DNA from: Tubulanus polymorphus
Taxonomy: Eukaryota > Animalia > Nemertea
Assembly: GCF_964204645.1 (NCBI RefSeq)
Contig: NC_134034.1
Coordinates: 2,232,072-2,296,071, forward strand
Reading direction: 5' to 3'
DNA length: 64,000 bases
Position 1 is the stretch's first letter, and each line of letters opens with the position of its first letter. The position numbers and the translations under genes are program-made. Shown in pieces: positions 26,115 through 38,900 of the stretch. The notes beneath the pieces were generated by a model. It was not told where the DNA came from, made no database searches, and was given only the letters and a program-made list of their open reading frames with translations.

Positions 26115-27315
26115 ATGAAGGTATGTACCACTAATATCAACAATGATAATATTACTAATAATATTAGTTTATTTTCTTAAATAGCGCTTAACTAAAAATC
26201 ATAATCTAAGCGCTTTGATCAGTAGTAAACTAGATAGTTAGTTAGATAGATAGCTAGAAAGCTAGGTAGATAGCTAATAGTAGTAAAGTAGATTAGTTTA
26301 GATTGAAAGTAAACTGTCCGTATCAGTTGTAAATCTTTGTAATGTTGTTTATTTTACAGATCTTCATTTTGGTTGTCGCAGTCGCGTTACTCATTTCAGG
26401 AGTGGTTTCCGCTGAAGGTAAGAAGCGAATTAGATCTTATTCGGTTTTTTCGCGGGTCGAAATAATCAAATGATGAAAACTAACTTATTAGATTTCGACT
26501 CCGATATCAAACTCGGGTCCGACCGCAGTTCTTATCGCTATAATTGCTGCTGCGCTGGTTATGATGATAATGATAATGATAATAATAATCATAGAAATGA
26601 TAATACTTTATTTCATTATCAAAAGGGAATAAATATAATTTTTAGTAAATAGCGGTCAAGTCGTAACCGATTAACAAATCACAAGCAAGTTGGCACATTT
26701 TTTCGAAACCAACTGGGAGTGAAAAAAGGGAGAACGCATTGCTTTAACAAGAACATGGCCTAGTCAGCCGAGCTGATACCAATTCTAAAACAATTCACAA
26801 CATGCTATCTGTTTTTTTATCCCCTAGAAATGATTTCAAAATTGCATATTAGATTTTTTAGCTCGTTGTATACACGTACGAACTGATGTCACATATTTCG
26901 GCATCCTACTGCGGAATTAAAACGGGTCGTGTGTAAATACGGCTACCCGTGTCAAAAAGCTGATCGACATCGAGTTTCACTTCTTGTTTATATTTTCTAC
27001 TCCAGGACCCAGTTCCACAGTTGTGAGTTAGAGTTAACTCTAAGTTAAAGTTAGTTCATTTCCAATGAGTTAACTCAGAGTCAAATCTTAAGTTCAGAAC
27101 TGTGGAACTGGACCCAGCAGTTTATATGTATATTATATCGATATCGATTTTTTAATCATTCAGAATCCGCGCAGGATATGCAGAGACGGTTTATCTCTTG
27201 TACGTGCGATGGCGGTAAACCAGGTGTGAGATTTGTTCTGATCGGTTGCCGCAATGGATACAAGAAATGCGCTCATAAATCGTGGTATAACCCAACAACC
27301 TGTTGCGCTAAATAA
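26115..27315 (+). CDS. Small secreted cysteine-rich prepropeptide (71 aa), beta-defensin-fold / sea-anemone-toxin-like; not in the ORF track
   Basis: Exons 26115-26120 (ATGAAG|gtatgt), 26360-26417 (tttacag|...G|gtaaga) and 27164-27315 give MKIFILVVAVALLISGVVSA-EESAQDMQRR-FISCTCDGGKPGVRFVLIGCRNGYKKCAHKSWYNPTTCCAK*. Signal peptide, acidic propeptide, RR site, 6 Cys, double TAA stop, AATAAA at 27358-27363. Confidence 0.88.
27006..27114. mobile_element. PIF/Harbinger-like MITE in intron 2 of the peptide gene; degenerate relatives at ~2612-2700 and ~6532-6640
   Basis: 17-bp TIR with 2 mismatches (GACCCAGTTCCACAGTT / AACTGTGGAACTGGACC), flanked by a CAG target-site duplication. Confidence 0.8.
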
Positions 27316-27650
27316 TAACGCGTTATGAGTCAACGATGTCGACGATTCAGACGAATGAATAAATATCTATTCATGTAATGGAATCAGTTCGTTTTCGTCG
27401 ATCGCTGATTTTCCCGGTTAAGATACGGCCGAATAGTCGTATCTCGAAAGGTATCTCGAAAGTTCTAAGTATCTCGAAAACTTCATGCTGCTCTTCAGTG
27501 AACTATCCGATGTTCTGATTTCTATCTCCTCGATCTCGTAGCCGATGTAGTGGCCTGGGGATGCCACCCCCCCCCCCCCCAGTCAGGTCACCACTGCCGA
27601 TGAAGCTACGTCCCCTTGAATGTAATACATTATCGTTGAGCGATTAGGGG

Positions 27651-27988
27651 ACATCCTCCCTCTGCAGGGACTCGAACCTGATGGCATCGCTACACTCAGC
27701 CACGGTACGAACCCCTGCCATAAACGACCATGTGCGCAGTTACATGCGCACTATCCGAACGAAAACTGACGGCACCAATCGAGTGCTCGTTGTATAATCG
27801 CTGAGGTAAATTTCAATGAAGAACTATAAATGGGAAAACCCGGGCTAAAATAAAACGGGATTTCTGATTGGCTAAAAATCACATCATCTGAACTGCGCAT
27901 GTATCTGCGCATACGGTCGATTATGGCAGGGTCTCGTGCCGTGGCAATCTCGATGCCATCAGGTTCGAATCCCTGCCGGGGAGGATGT
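27651..27988. mobile_element. Long-TIR non-autonomous element (CATCCTCCC family), copy 2
   Basis: ACATCCTCCC...GGGAGGATGT termini; ~100-bp inverted arms each carrying a B-box; highly similar to 45163-45501. Confidence 0.85.
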
Positions 27989-29948
27989 TAGGGGAGTGCC
28001 GCTTGCACCTGTGAACTCGTTGAAAGTTGATAAATCTAAAGTTGCTGTTTCTGATACAATGTTCAAATCTCTTAATCAAATCCATTGAAAACTTCGATAC
28101 TCTGGATAATACTAGAGCACTACTTTTATTTAAATGGATTTAATTATTTAAAGCCTGGATAGAAGAATCTACATCGACGTTCAAATCTCTACTTTTGGTC
28201 GGGGTTTTGGCATATAAGTGTGTGGATTTTTTGGTTTTCCAAGATCTGCAACCTCTGAACGTATCGGGGCCGTCTCAGTCCAAAGAGCAAACGGATGCAA
28301 TCCTTTCCGATATAAAATAACCTATATTTTTACATGTTGTTTTTTTTTTTACAAAAATCTATATCTACGTATTTGCGTACGATATACATTCACTCTTCTA
28401 CAAGCGAAATACAAAGCGACAAAAAACAATCCGGTTTTTTCTAAATCGAACAACGAAATAAATCATGAATATCTTAACATATTTAACCTACACTTAATCG
28501 ATATATTAACCTATTTGACCTACTTAATGGATAATAAAAATGCACGCTTGCAAAATGCTACTCATTATGTTCAATCGATTGATTTATTAAGGACGTAGAT
28601 TAATTACTAATAACTTGCATAATTAACTTTAAATTTTGCACACACTTTTTTATGACTGAGAAATTTTTTTATTCGTTGCATTGAATTTTTATTCTATCTT
28701 TAACTAAAAAAAAAAAACAACAACAAAATACAATTCATGCCGTACTAAATCAATACTTTTTTCGTTGATAAAAGAGATAATTGCTATGTTTGTATCATGA
28801 GTATTTTAAATGTCGATTTTTGAAAATGCAAGTGATAACTGACACTTCCGCCATTTAAGTTTTATCACCCGAAGCCAGTGAAGGTCTTGCAGCATCGCGC
28901 CTCGTCGACTTAACTACGACATATTGGTTAACTACGTGTGATCCTTCATATGGCGGACAATTGAAACGTGTAAATGCTTTCGTTATCATTTGCTGTTATG
29001 TGTGGTTCTAGTGTCCAGCACTGGTGGTAAAGAAAACTATGACGACACGTCCGAGATCTCCGAGGTTTGTGAGTCATCCATCAGCAAATTCTCCTTCCAA
29101 ACATGAGCGCCAGGGGGCGCTACGGACAGCCCACAATGTTCGCTTTTTATGAATGATGCAATTTATGGGTTACATGTGTCAAAATACATATTCTGCTCCA
29201 ATAGAATTTTGATTTTTTTTTCAAGTGACACAGACAGTGAGGTGGCAGGAACGAATACCTCATATCAATTTCTTTCCTTCGTCTCTCATTGATTTGAATG
29301 CGGCATAAAAATGAGGAGATTCCACGTAAATTGTTCAATATATTGAAATTGAATTGAATTTGATGATTTCTTGTTGAATAAAATTTGATCGAATTTGCAA
29401 TTCATACATACACATCGCTAATTAGCATATCCAGGTCATCGATGCCTATTTGAGAAAAAGCTATTTTCCCGACCCATGCACAATTGTCAAGGATATATCT
29501 TCTGTAGTGCAAATGAAAAATCCTCCCAAAAGCCAAATCAACTAAAGATTTCACAGAAATCGATCTTTAAATACAATTTTAAATCTTGAAATAAAACCCG
29601 GAAGTAAAATAGTAGACGATACCGCGAGTTCACGCGAACACCTGCTGATTTCTGCCTTTGTTTCATTCTAGACGGGAGTCTCGCGCCTACTGTGGCAATA
29701 GAGGATTCCAATCGACATAGGTGTCCAGTATATAGATTGTACAAATATTGCACAATACGATACAAGCTGCTGCGGAAATCAACGATCCCCTTTATTTGAG
29801 TTCGTAGGATCGTAGATCCAGTTTAAAGTGGAAAACCGTCTAAAAACGAACCGTATCTGGTGGAATAGCTGGCTGTTACATACGACCACATTAAATCGCC
29901 ATCGCGGACTAAAAATTTTGATCAAGAAATGTTTCGCTTAAAAAAAAG

Positions 29949-32900
29949 TCACACATCTGTCTGTTTGCTCTTCTGTCGCAATCCCGGTAGTGCCACGTCT
30001 ACGCTAAAGGTGTCGCTGACGGTCATACTTTCCAGGTCTACGTCGTCGAACATGTCCAGATCGCTGACGCCATCTTGCGGATATTCGTCGTCGCTAGTCA
30101 ACGCGCCCGGTCGATAGTTGTCGTATTCGGACTCGTACGCCGCTGAACTGCTATCGTAGTTCAACGCCGGGTCGCTTCGGGAGAGTTCGCTGCAACTTTC
30201 GAACGAAGATATGCTAATGTTATCCGCCAGGAGGTATTTATGCAAATGAGCCGGTATCAGCAACGAGGCGCGGTTCAATTTCGGGCTCGGATTGGCTGAC
30301 TGATTGGCAGACGATGTTTGAGACATGGCGTCTTCGGCGTCGCTCGGTATATAGTCTAAACTGCGACACTGCCGCACTGGAGCGCCGAATTTCTGACGCC
30401 GCTTAACCTGGAAAGGCGGCGCCACCGGCCGTGGAGGTTTGTAATCCTGAACCGGAAGCGGTGAAACTTTCCACGCGTCCGCGTCGCTGACGCGCGCACC
30501 TGCTACGCGTGGCATACTATCGGCATCGGTGGCGTCACCTGGTGTCAGTTCGTTGTCGTCCGTGCCGGCCAGAGCTTCCACAGCCGAGGCGACGGTAGTG
30601 TGCGTCGATCCGGTCGATTCGCACGGAGTCGTCACAACCGCCTCCTCGTTACCGCCTTCGAGCATCGACTCTACGTCACCGTCCTCTGCTGCCGTCGATC
30701 GATCCTCCACATCCGACAACAATTCGACCTTCAGCTTTTTCGCGCGTGGAAGACTATTGGCTAACGCCGACAACTGATGCAAAGTCTCGATGAATTCCTT
30801 CTCCTGTTGTTTTTTCGATTCGGATATTTTCATCGCCGGCAGTTGGAGCTCTTTCTTGCGCGGACTGATATGAGGTGACGTGTAAGAGGGTCGAATCCTG
30901 TTCGATTTTGTCGCCGATATTTTGCCTCTGAATTTATGATTACCGTCGCTATTCGTAGACCTGGCTCGCGATTCGTTTTGACTGTAAGCGCCGCCGGCGT
31001 ACGAAGATTTATCCAATAAAAAAACTTCCCTCGGTTCGGGCATCGACGTTTGCTTGATCAGCGGTGGGCGTGGCTTCAACGGCTCCAACAAAACCTCGGC
31101 TTCCGATTCGTTGAGCAGATCGTCTGCCGACATCTCGTCGTCGCCGGTGCCGTCGCAATACGACTGATAGGACGGGTATTTCCATTCGACGTCCGGGTCG
31201 TTGGCGCTGTAGCGGGAACCGGTCTCGGTATCGGTGGCCATATTGTCGTAATCGGTACGGACCAGCGACAACTTCTCGTCCAGATCGGACGGCTCGTCTG
31301 CGCTGCTCTCGCGCTCGAAACACGTCATCTGCCGACCGTCGATCTTGACCCCGATTTGCCCGACTGGTTTTTTGTTATCGACCGGGGACTCGACGCTGCT
31401 GTTGTCGGACGCGTGCGGCGACGCCTCTTTGATGCTACCCATCTGCGGAGTCAAGTTTCTAGACGCGCTTCGCTCGTAAGAGGGCGCCACCGATATATCC
31501 ATCGCGTGGTGATAGAACCCCGGATAGATATTGCCGGTCGGCGAAGTCGGGCTGATGTGCGATATCGTTTTACTGCGACTTGATGCGATGTTAGGGTGAT
31601 TGTAAGAATACTGCTGCCGGCTGATTTCGGGATTGCTGAATTTACGCCCGTAACAGTGATCCATTCCGTGATAAGGGCGATTGAAATTGAACAGATCCGT
31701 GTAGTTGAATTTACCCTCCTGCGGAGAGTGCGCGTGAACCTCGGGGAACACGGGTTTCTGTAGTTCGGGGCTGCGGTATTTGTACTCGGGTGACTTGCGC
31801 TTGCTGAGCAGCGGCGAAGGCGGTTTCTGGTAAACGGGCGCGAGTACGTTCTGTTGGAAGACGCCCTCTGGCGGTATATTCGAGAGTATATTGCTATTGT
31901 CGCCGCTTCCGTATAATGAACGATTGTTTTGTCGATGAGGCGTGAACGCGCTTCCCGGGGAGGCGAAATTTCGCGCTTTGTTTATGGCGAAATCTTCTCC
32001 CGGTGAAGACGAAGAGTTGAATTGTTTTTGTTCTAGCGATAGGTTTTGAGGTCGTTTCTGTTGTTGTTGTTGTTGTTGTTGGAAACCGTTTTCAACCGGT
32101 GAAAGTTGGTTATTTTGCTGTTTCGCGCCGGCCGCTGCCGCCGGGACCGTATCGATGAAATTCGTCTGCGTCACCTGGTTGTTCATGAACATGTTATTGC
32201 CGTTGTTGTTACGCGGATACGTGCCCTGACTGTATTTGCGGTTTTTGAAATGCACCATCGGAAGTTCGGGTGAGTCGCGCGAACACGCGGCTTCGTTCTG
32301 AAGGAAGCTCGCCAGAGACGAGTTACTCGCTTTACGTTTGGTCTTCGAGAGGTTATTTTGAGTTTGTTCACTGTTGCTGGCTGGGCCTGCGTTGTTGGCA
32401 CGTCGCCAGCCGAGACTACCGGGCGGGGTTTGCCCTGACTCGCTGTTATTTTGATTGCATCGGTTTCGTCCGAGAGTCCCGCCGTTATTGCTGTCTAATG
32501 TACTGCTGCGACCTCGCATGCTATCTAACGATATCTTACTCGGACTACTGGCTGGTCCGGGCCGTTGGCCGGAGCGCAGACTGGTTGGACTCTGCGCGTA
32601 AGGAGCTCGGGTCAACGAAAAGTCCGAATTGCTGGCCAAGGAGCGGCGACCAGTCAAAAAGTATGTCGTCATTTGACCTTTGCCCTTGACACTGATCGTT
32701 CCACGACATTCAAAACAGTATTTGTGACGTAATATCCGGTAGACTTCTTCCGTCGTCTGAAATAGAGAAACATTTTAAGATTTTAAGACGAATGAAAGAT
32801 GGCCGTCCTGTCTGACATAATCAAATTGATTAGATGATTGGATCTATTAACCAATGTGTCTAGATCAGGAGAGTAGATGTCCCTGGAGGATTTAAGAAGC

Positions 32901-35900
32901 CTGTCATAATTTCCCAATGTATATATCAAATTGAAAAAAACAACTGGACGGTAATTTGCTGATGTCATTGGTATATATGAGGCTTCAACTTTTGTGAAAG
33001 ACAGATCATATGTGCAAATCGTTGATGTCAAAGGGGGTTTATGGAGGCAGCCATATTGATAAGCGTGACTATAGACATTAATGGGCGAGTTTGGGGATTT
33101 TATTCAAATTTAAAGCGGGGCCAGAAATGAACCTTCATCACCCACAACCAACTCAACCAACTCAAGGATCTGAAACCTCGAACCCTGACATGATGAAACG
33201 ACTGACTGAGTACAGACTGCTCCCACCAGGATTCGAACCTACGAATACTGGACCGAAGCTTGACAGATGATAAGCTAACCCACTCGGCCATTTCTATAAA
33301 TCGGTATACCATACCTGAATATGATCATTAATTCCAGTGCTTTCCATTCTACTGGCCACATTGACGGTATTGCCCCAAATATCGTACTGCGGTTTGCGGG
33401 CTCCGATCACTCCTGCCACAACTGGACCTATGTTTACCCCTAGAAAAATGAGCCAAATAATAGAATTAGTGGACAACATTGTGAAATGTGAAATGGATTT
33501 ACATGGAAGTAGAGAGTCACAACTGTGGAACCAGGTCCAGGGGTGAATAACAAGAGGGTTTTCTGCGATGTAACAGAGGACTTTAAAAAAGGAAACGCGT
33601 GAACGTATAGGCCCGCACAGGACAGGCAGAATAGTTACAAGTGTATATAGTTAACCTTCTTACCGATTCTCAATTGGAAACTATTGTACGAGTTTTCGTT
33701 AATGACTCTGAGTTTATCTTTCATCGCTAAAATGAACTCGATGAGTTCCGTCATCGCCCAGATCACCGACTCGTCGTTATCGTGAATCGTCTGCGCTGGT
33801 ATTAGTCCCACCGCCGCCATATAGGTGGAGCCAATAGTTTTGATCTTGTCGACGGCTCTGAATCGATCCTCGTTCAGTAACTGAAAGAATGAAACAAAAA
33901 AAAAACAAACCCGTTAACGATGACATCTATTGACGATTTCGCGTCAGGACCTAACGGGGTTTGCTAGAGTGTAGTAGGACACCAACTACTGCGGCAATAG
34001 AGGATTCCACTTCGGGCAAGCGAGGATCAACCTAGTAGGACTTAATATAGGGTGGCAATATAGGATTCCACTTGTGGTAAGTGAGTATCCACCAGGTGTC
34101 GCTAGTGTCCAATAGGACTCCAATAGGTGTCGCTAGTGTACGGAAGGTCATCGACTAAGTTGAAATAGAGAATTCCACTGGCAAAAAGGATCCACCAGAT
34201 GTCGCAATTAGTATTGTCCAGTCGAAAAAGCACAGGGTCGCAAGTAACCTACGTACTTCATCGAAATCGGCGATGATTTCGTTCAGAACCCGCAGACATT
34301 CGATTCCTTGGTTGTTGGCGTCGAGTTCGATGTAGAAATCAGAGAAATTCGGTATCGAAGCGAAGAAAACGCCGGATCTAGCGTACGCCTGACTGTACAA
34401 TTCCTAAATTAAAGAAAGTAATAACAGAAAATGAGCGAGATATTAAATGATTTTGATTATTTTAGAGTCAAAATGTGATTCCCAAGTTCAGTGTTTTTAG
34501 TTCATTTGAACATAGATCAAGAATCTCCACAGATATTTGTGTTTTAACTCGATTCGGGGTCTAGTTCTATCCACTCTGTTGTGGACGCTCACAAACTTCT
34601 CGATTAAATCAATTGAAAATTTTTACGTGTCCAATGCACAAGAATCTATGAAATTCAGTTCGTATTTTCACCGTTAGATTTCTTCAAAACACGAACCATG
34701 TTGTTTTTGTATTGTCTATCCATGAAATGTTCGGCTACGTGCTTAGGTAGAAGGTTACAGAGTATATGTCTGTTATTGTTTTGTAGCTCGGCCATGTCCA
34801 TCTTTTCCTCAGCCGCCTGAAAGGAAACCAAACGAAAAATTAGTATAAACCGCTCTGCGATGACCCAGCTCAGCACTCGTGTTATCATATTTTCAGGATG
34901 CAAATTGAGTAACCACTGGGATCTTGCTCAGGAAAATGGGAATCAAGCCGCCAAAGCCTATAGCATGCATGGGGAATGGCTGCAATACCTGCGTCTGCCA
35001 GAGGTGATCTAGTCGATGGGTCCATTCCTGTTGGCGACTGTGAACGAACAGCAAAACTAGAAACTGTATCAATGCGACGATTCCTACTGCGTGTGACGGG
35101 ATGTACGGCCTGAAATTTTGAAAGATAGAAATACAAAGAGACTTGCATCGTCCATATCACCGGCAACAGACGGCTTCAGCGTACATAATTCAAAAGGCTT
35201 TTTTAGGATTTGTTTCATGTCAATGATGATCACGGGGATGGCAATTTCAAATGTGAAACATTTCTATCACGAAATCATTCTAAGAATCTACTACTAGCAG
35301 AATAAAAAGGCCGACCGCTTAAATCCCTTCATGATATAGATTATTTGGCTTCTATTGAATGGATCTTTTCGATCTTGGAATAGGGAACATCCGTGTAAGG
35401 TCATAAAAAGGGGACGGCAAACATTTTACTAATTTCACAGGGAGTTTGGGCTATCGGAGCAATGTAGAAGAGATTGGAGCGTGCAAGCGCAAGATTGTCT
35501 GCGTTGGTGGCCAATCACCGAATGCCACCATAGCACCTTTCCATACATTAATATCACAAGTTGTCCGCGTGGCCTAATGGATAAGGCGTCTGACTTCGAA
35601 TCAGAAGATTGCAGGTTCGAGTCCTGTCGCGGACGTTTTTTTCTTAGTTAAAGATTTTTGTCGGAGTTCATTAAAGTTTTGCTAATTATTGTTTGATAAT
35701 TAACCATCGTTACTACCAATATATTGATTTACATTAGAACGAGATATTCGAGTTATAATTGGAAAGCGGGAGAAGCTGGAAGACCGACGAACTACTAGCG
35801 CAACTGGCGGATCCTCACTTGCCACAGATTGAATCCGCAATAGCCGCAGTAGTTGATGTCCTACTTACGAGTGTAGTTTGTCGTACGTTGCAAAGACAAT

Positions 35901-38900
35901 CGGATGCGTTATCACCATGACGACGATATAACAGACGGCAATCAAAAACCACATGACCAACTTCAAAATGGCGCTGATCCGTAGGAATACAGCCACGCAA
36001 ATATACGTCATTATTCCGCTGATGTAGATGTACTGAGGGTAACCGCAGGAGAGATGATTGCCGACCAGTACGTTCCCGTTCGTCGAGTTGCTTGAAATCA
36101 TTTGCCCGAATATCAGGCCACCATCACAGCATAACTGTAAAACAAAGTAATATCCAATTCAATCTTTTTAACGTTTGGTGGGACTGTTGTATTATCAACC
36201 ATAACATTATTGAGGATGTAGAAACTACGCTAATCAGTCAGATTCAAAACCATTAACAGTCAAATGGGGATGTAAAAACTACTGGGAACTGTCGATTCCG
36301 AGCGGTCTCAGTTGCCAAACAACATTTACATAATAATGGGGACGTAGAAACTACCGGGGGAAACTGACGTGATGCTGAACAACAGTTGGGGATGTAGAAA
36401 CTTCCGGGGAAGCTGTCATATTGTGAAACAACATTTACATAATGATGGGGATGTAGAAACTACTGAAACTATTCATAGCTCACTTAGAACACTTACCACG
36501 TTCACTTGTCCCACTGTATAAACCAATAATATCGTTATAACTATCACAGACATGCGTATCGATAAACCCTTCCTCATATCAAACTCCAAACACTGAAAAT
36601 AGATTTCAATAATTGAAAAGATAAACAATATTTTACTATTTAGTAATTAGGTCTTTGTTTTTCTATATACACACGATCAATGTAAATAGACCTAATTTCA
36701 ACTTTTGACTCTTGAATCATAACTTCGAAATTGGGCTAGTGGACACTGGAATGAACCAGACGTTCAACGTTCGATTCGATTCTTTAACGGGACGATTCAC
36801 TTCAAAAACTTACTCGTAATTTCGCGGCCAGAACCAAAATCAAAATAACGCAAATCCACGTAAAACTAATCATTATCAAAATCAACAGCAAAACCGTCCT
36901 GAAAAATAAGCAAGCAAATCAAAAATGTTGAAATACGGGAGATATCTTTGAAATATCATCTTTGCTAGCAACAATCCGACTTAATAAACCGTTTTAAGTT
37001 TAAACTCATGAAACCGGACTCTTAGTTTTATAATTAAGCCAAGGCAGTATTCCGCAATTTCCGACTTGAATTTGACTCTTTTGATTGGAGATGTCACTCC
37101 GTAGTCAAATCTGACCAATCTAGCTGTGGACCTGGGGCCGGTTGCATAGTCATGGCTTAGACTTAAGACCAGTCTAAGACCAACTTAGTTCTATAGCCAA
37201 TCTAACAACTTAAGACCAGTCTTAAGATTTAAGACCACTTTTTGACTCAAGTCACGACTGTGCAACTGGCCCCTGGACATTATGACACGGAAATCTATCT
37301 CGCACTGGTCTTGCTCTCTTATCGGAAAGAATGAATTTATTGGATGCATACCTGGGTAAAACGAGTACTTGCGTTAGACCTAGAGATAATAGCACCAGTA
37401 GAACACACGCCATACTCCCACCGAACGACTCGTCACCGATCTTGTTATACTTTGAAACAGAAAACGAAGATTCGGTAAGAAAAGGTATACATGAAGAAAA
37501 AACTCGGCATTTATCGGAAATTTAGGTTTCAAATGGCAGTGTTCGGATCAAAAAGTGGAAGTCAGTTCCCAAATTCTATGTTAAGATTTCACGCAGTTAT
37601 TAACTCATTGGTCAAAGTGAAGTGATCCAGTGTAGATATTACACTAACTCACAACTGGGCAACTGGACACTGTGCTTGGATGTAAAACGGTGCTTAATGG
37701 GCGTATAAAGATGTTGACATGGCACCGTGAAAATATGATGACTGAAAAGATTATTTCTTGACACAGAAAATTTTAGAAAGGGAAAATTGGGGTTCGAACC
37801 GGTACTTGATCAGACTATTATGATTTAATACTCTTCGTTTGATATGAATGAATTCTTATACAGACAAAAGCTCATTACAGAATCTGAATTGAGTGGACCG
37901 CAATGGGGCCCATAGGCCGTGATCCACGGGTCGTAGATCCCTGGGCCATGTATTCTCATATGAATATTGGATCACGTGATAGCGACCGTTACCTGTCGTT
38001 CCTGTTTCGAATGTCGGAATCGGAGGGTTACGTAATTGACTTGCGTGGTTTTTTCGCGTTGTATACTACGCGCCGAGATCGCCGTAGCCAGGAATTTATT
38101 CACCCGATCCGTTGGTAAAAACGCGTCCGAATGCCTACAAAAATAATTCGATACAGGTCATAGAAGATATTGTTCAATTCAATCACCAAACGCGCTATGA
38201 CACATCGTTAAAACGAATCATGGGACCTAATTCCACAGTGCAGGTTGCTGCTCGGAAAGTTCCATAATGTACATCCTCCCTGGGATTCGAACCCGGTGGC
38301 ATCGCAAGACTCCGCTGCGCAAGATATGCATATTCGACTACCGTGCTAAGTGAGTCCTAAAGGACAGGTTAGAACTTGTCGTTTCAAGCTTTTGGAAATG
38401 AACAAATCTAATATTTTCCGAAGTATAACTTCAACATGTTAGCAGGGATGGGTTATGTAAGAATACAAGAGAGTTTCTTCTATATAATAACTTAATTTTA
38501 ACTAGTTATATAAATGTCTTCTGCCAGAAATCAACGAAAAATAACTCGTGCAAATAGCTGTATAGTTTCAAAGCGATAGATGCGGTAAATTAGCAGGGGC
38601 AGTTCCCTTCACTTCCATGTAACTACCCCCCCCCACCATTTTGGAACAAAAAGCTGATGTAGCGATACAAGATTTCACTTGTGGCAAGTGAACATTGTCT
38701 AGGTGTTCTTTTAAACAAAGCAGCACGTAGTATACGTGACAACGGAAAAATCTCCATTTGGGACAAGTGATGATTCACCAGGTGTCGCTAGTGTGCAGTA
38801 GGACATCAACTACTGCAGCAATAGAGATTCCTCCTATAGCAAGTGAGGATCCACCAGGTGTTGCTAGTGTGCAGGAGGATATCACCTGCTGCGATAATAG

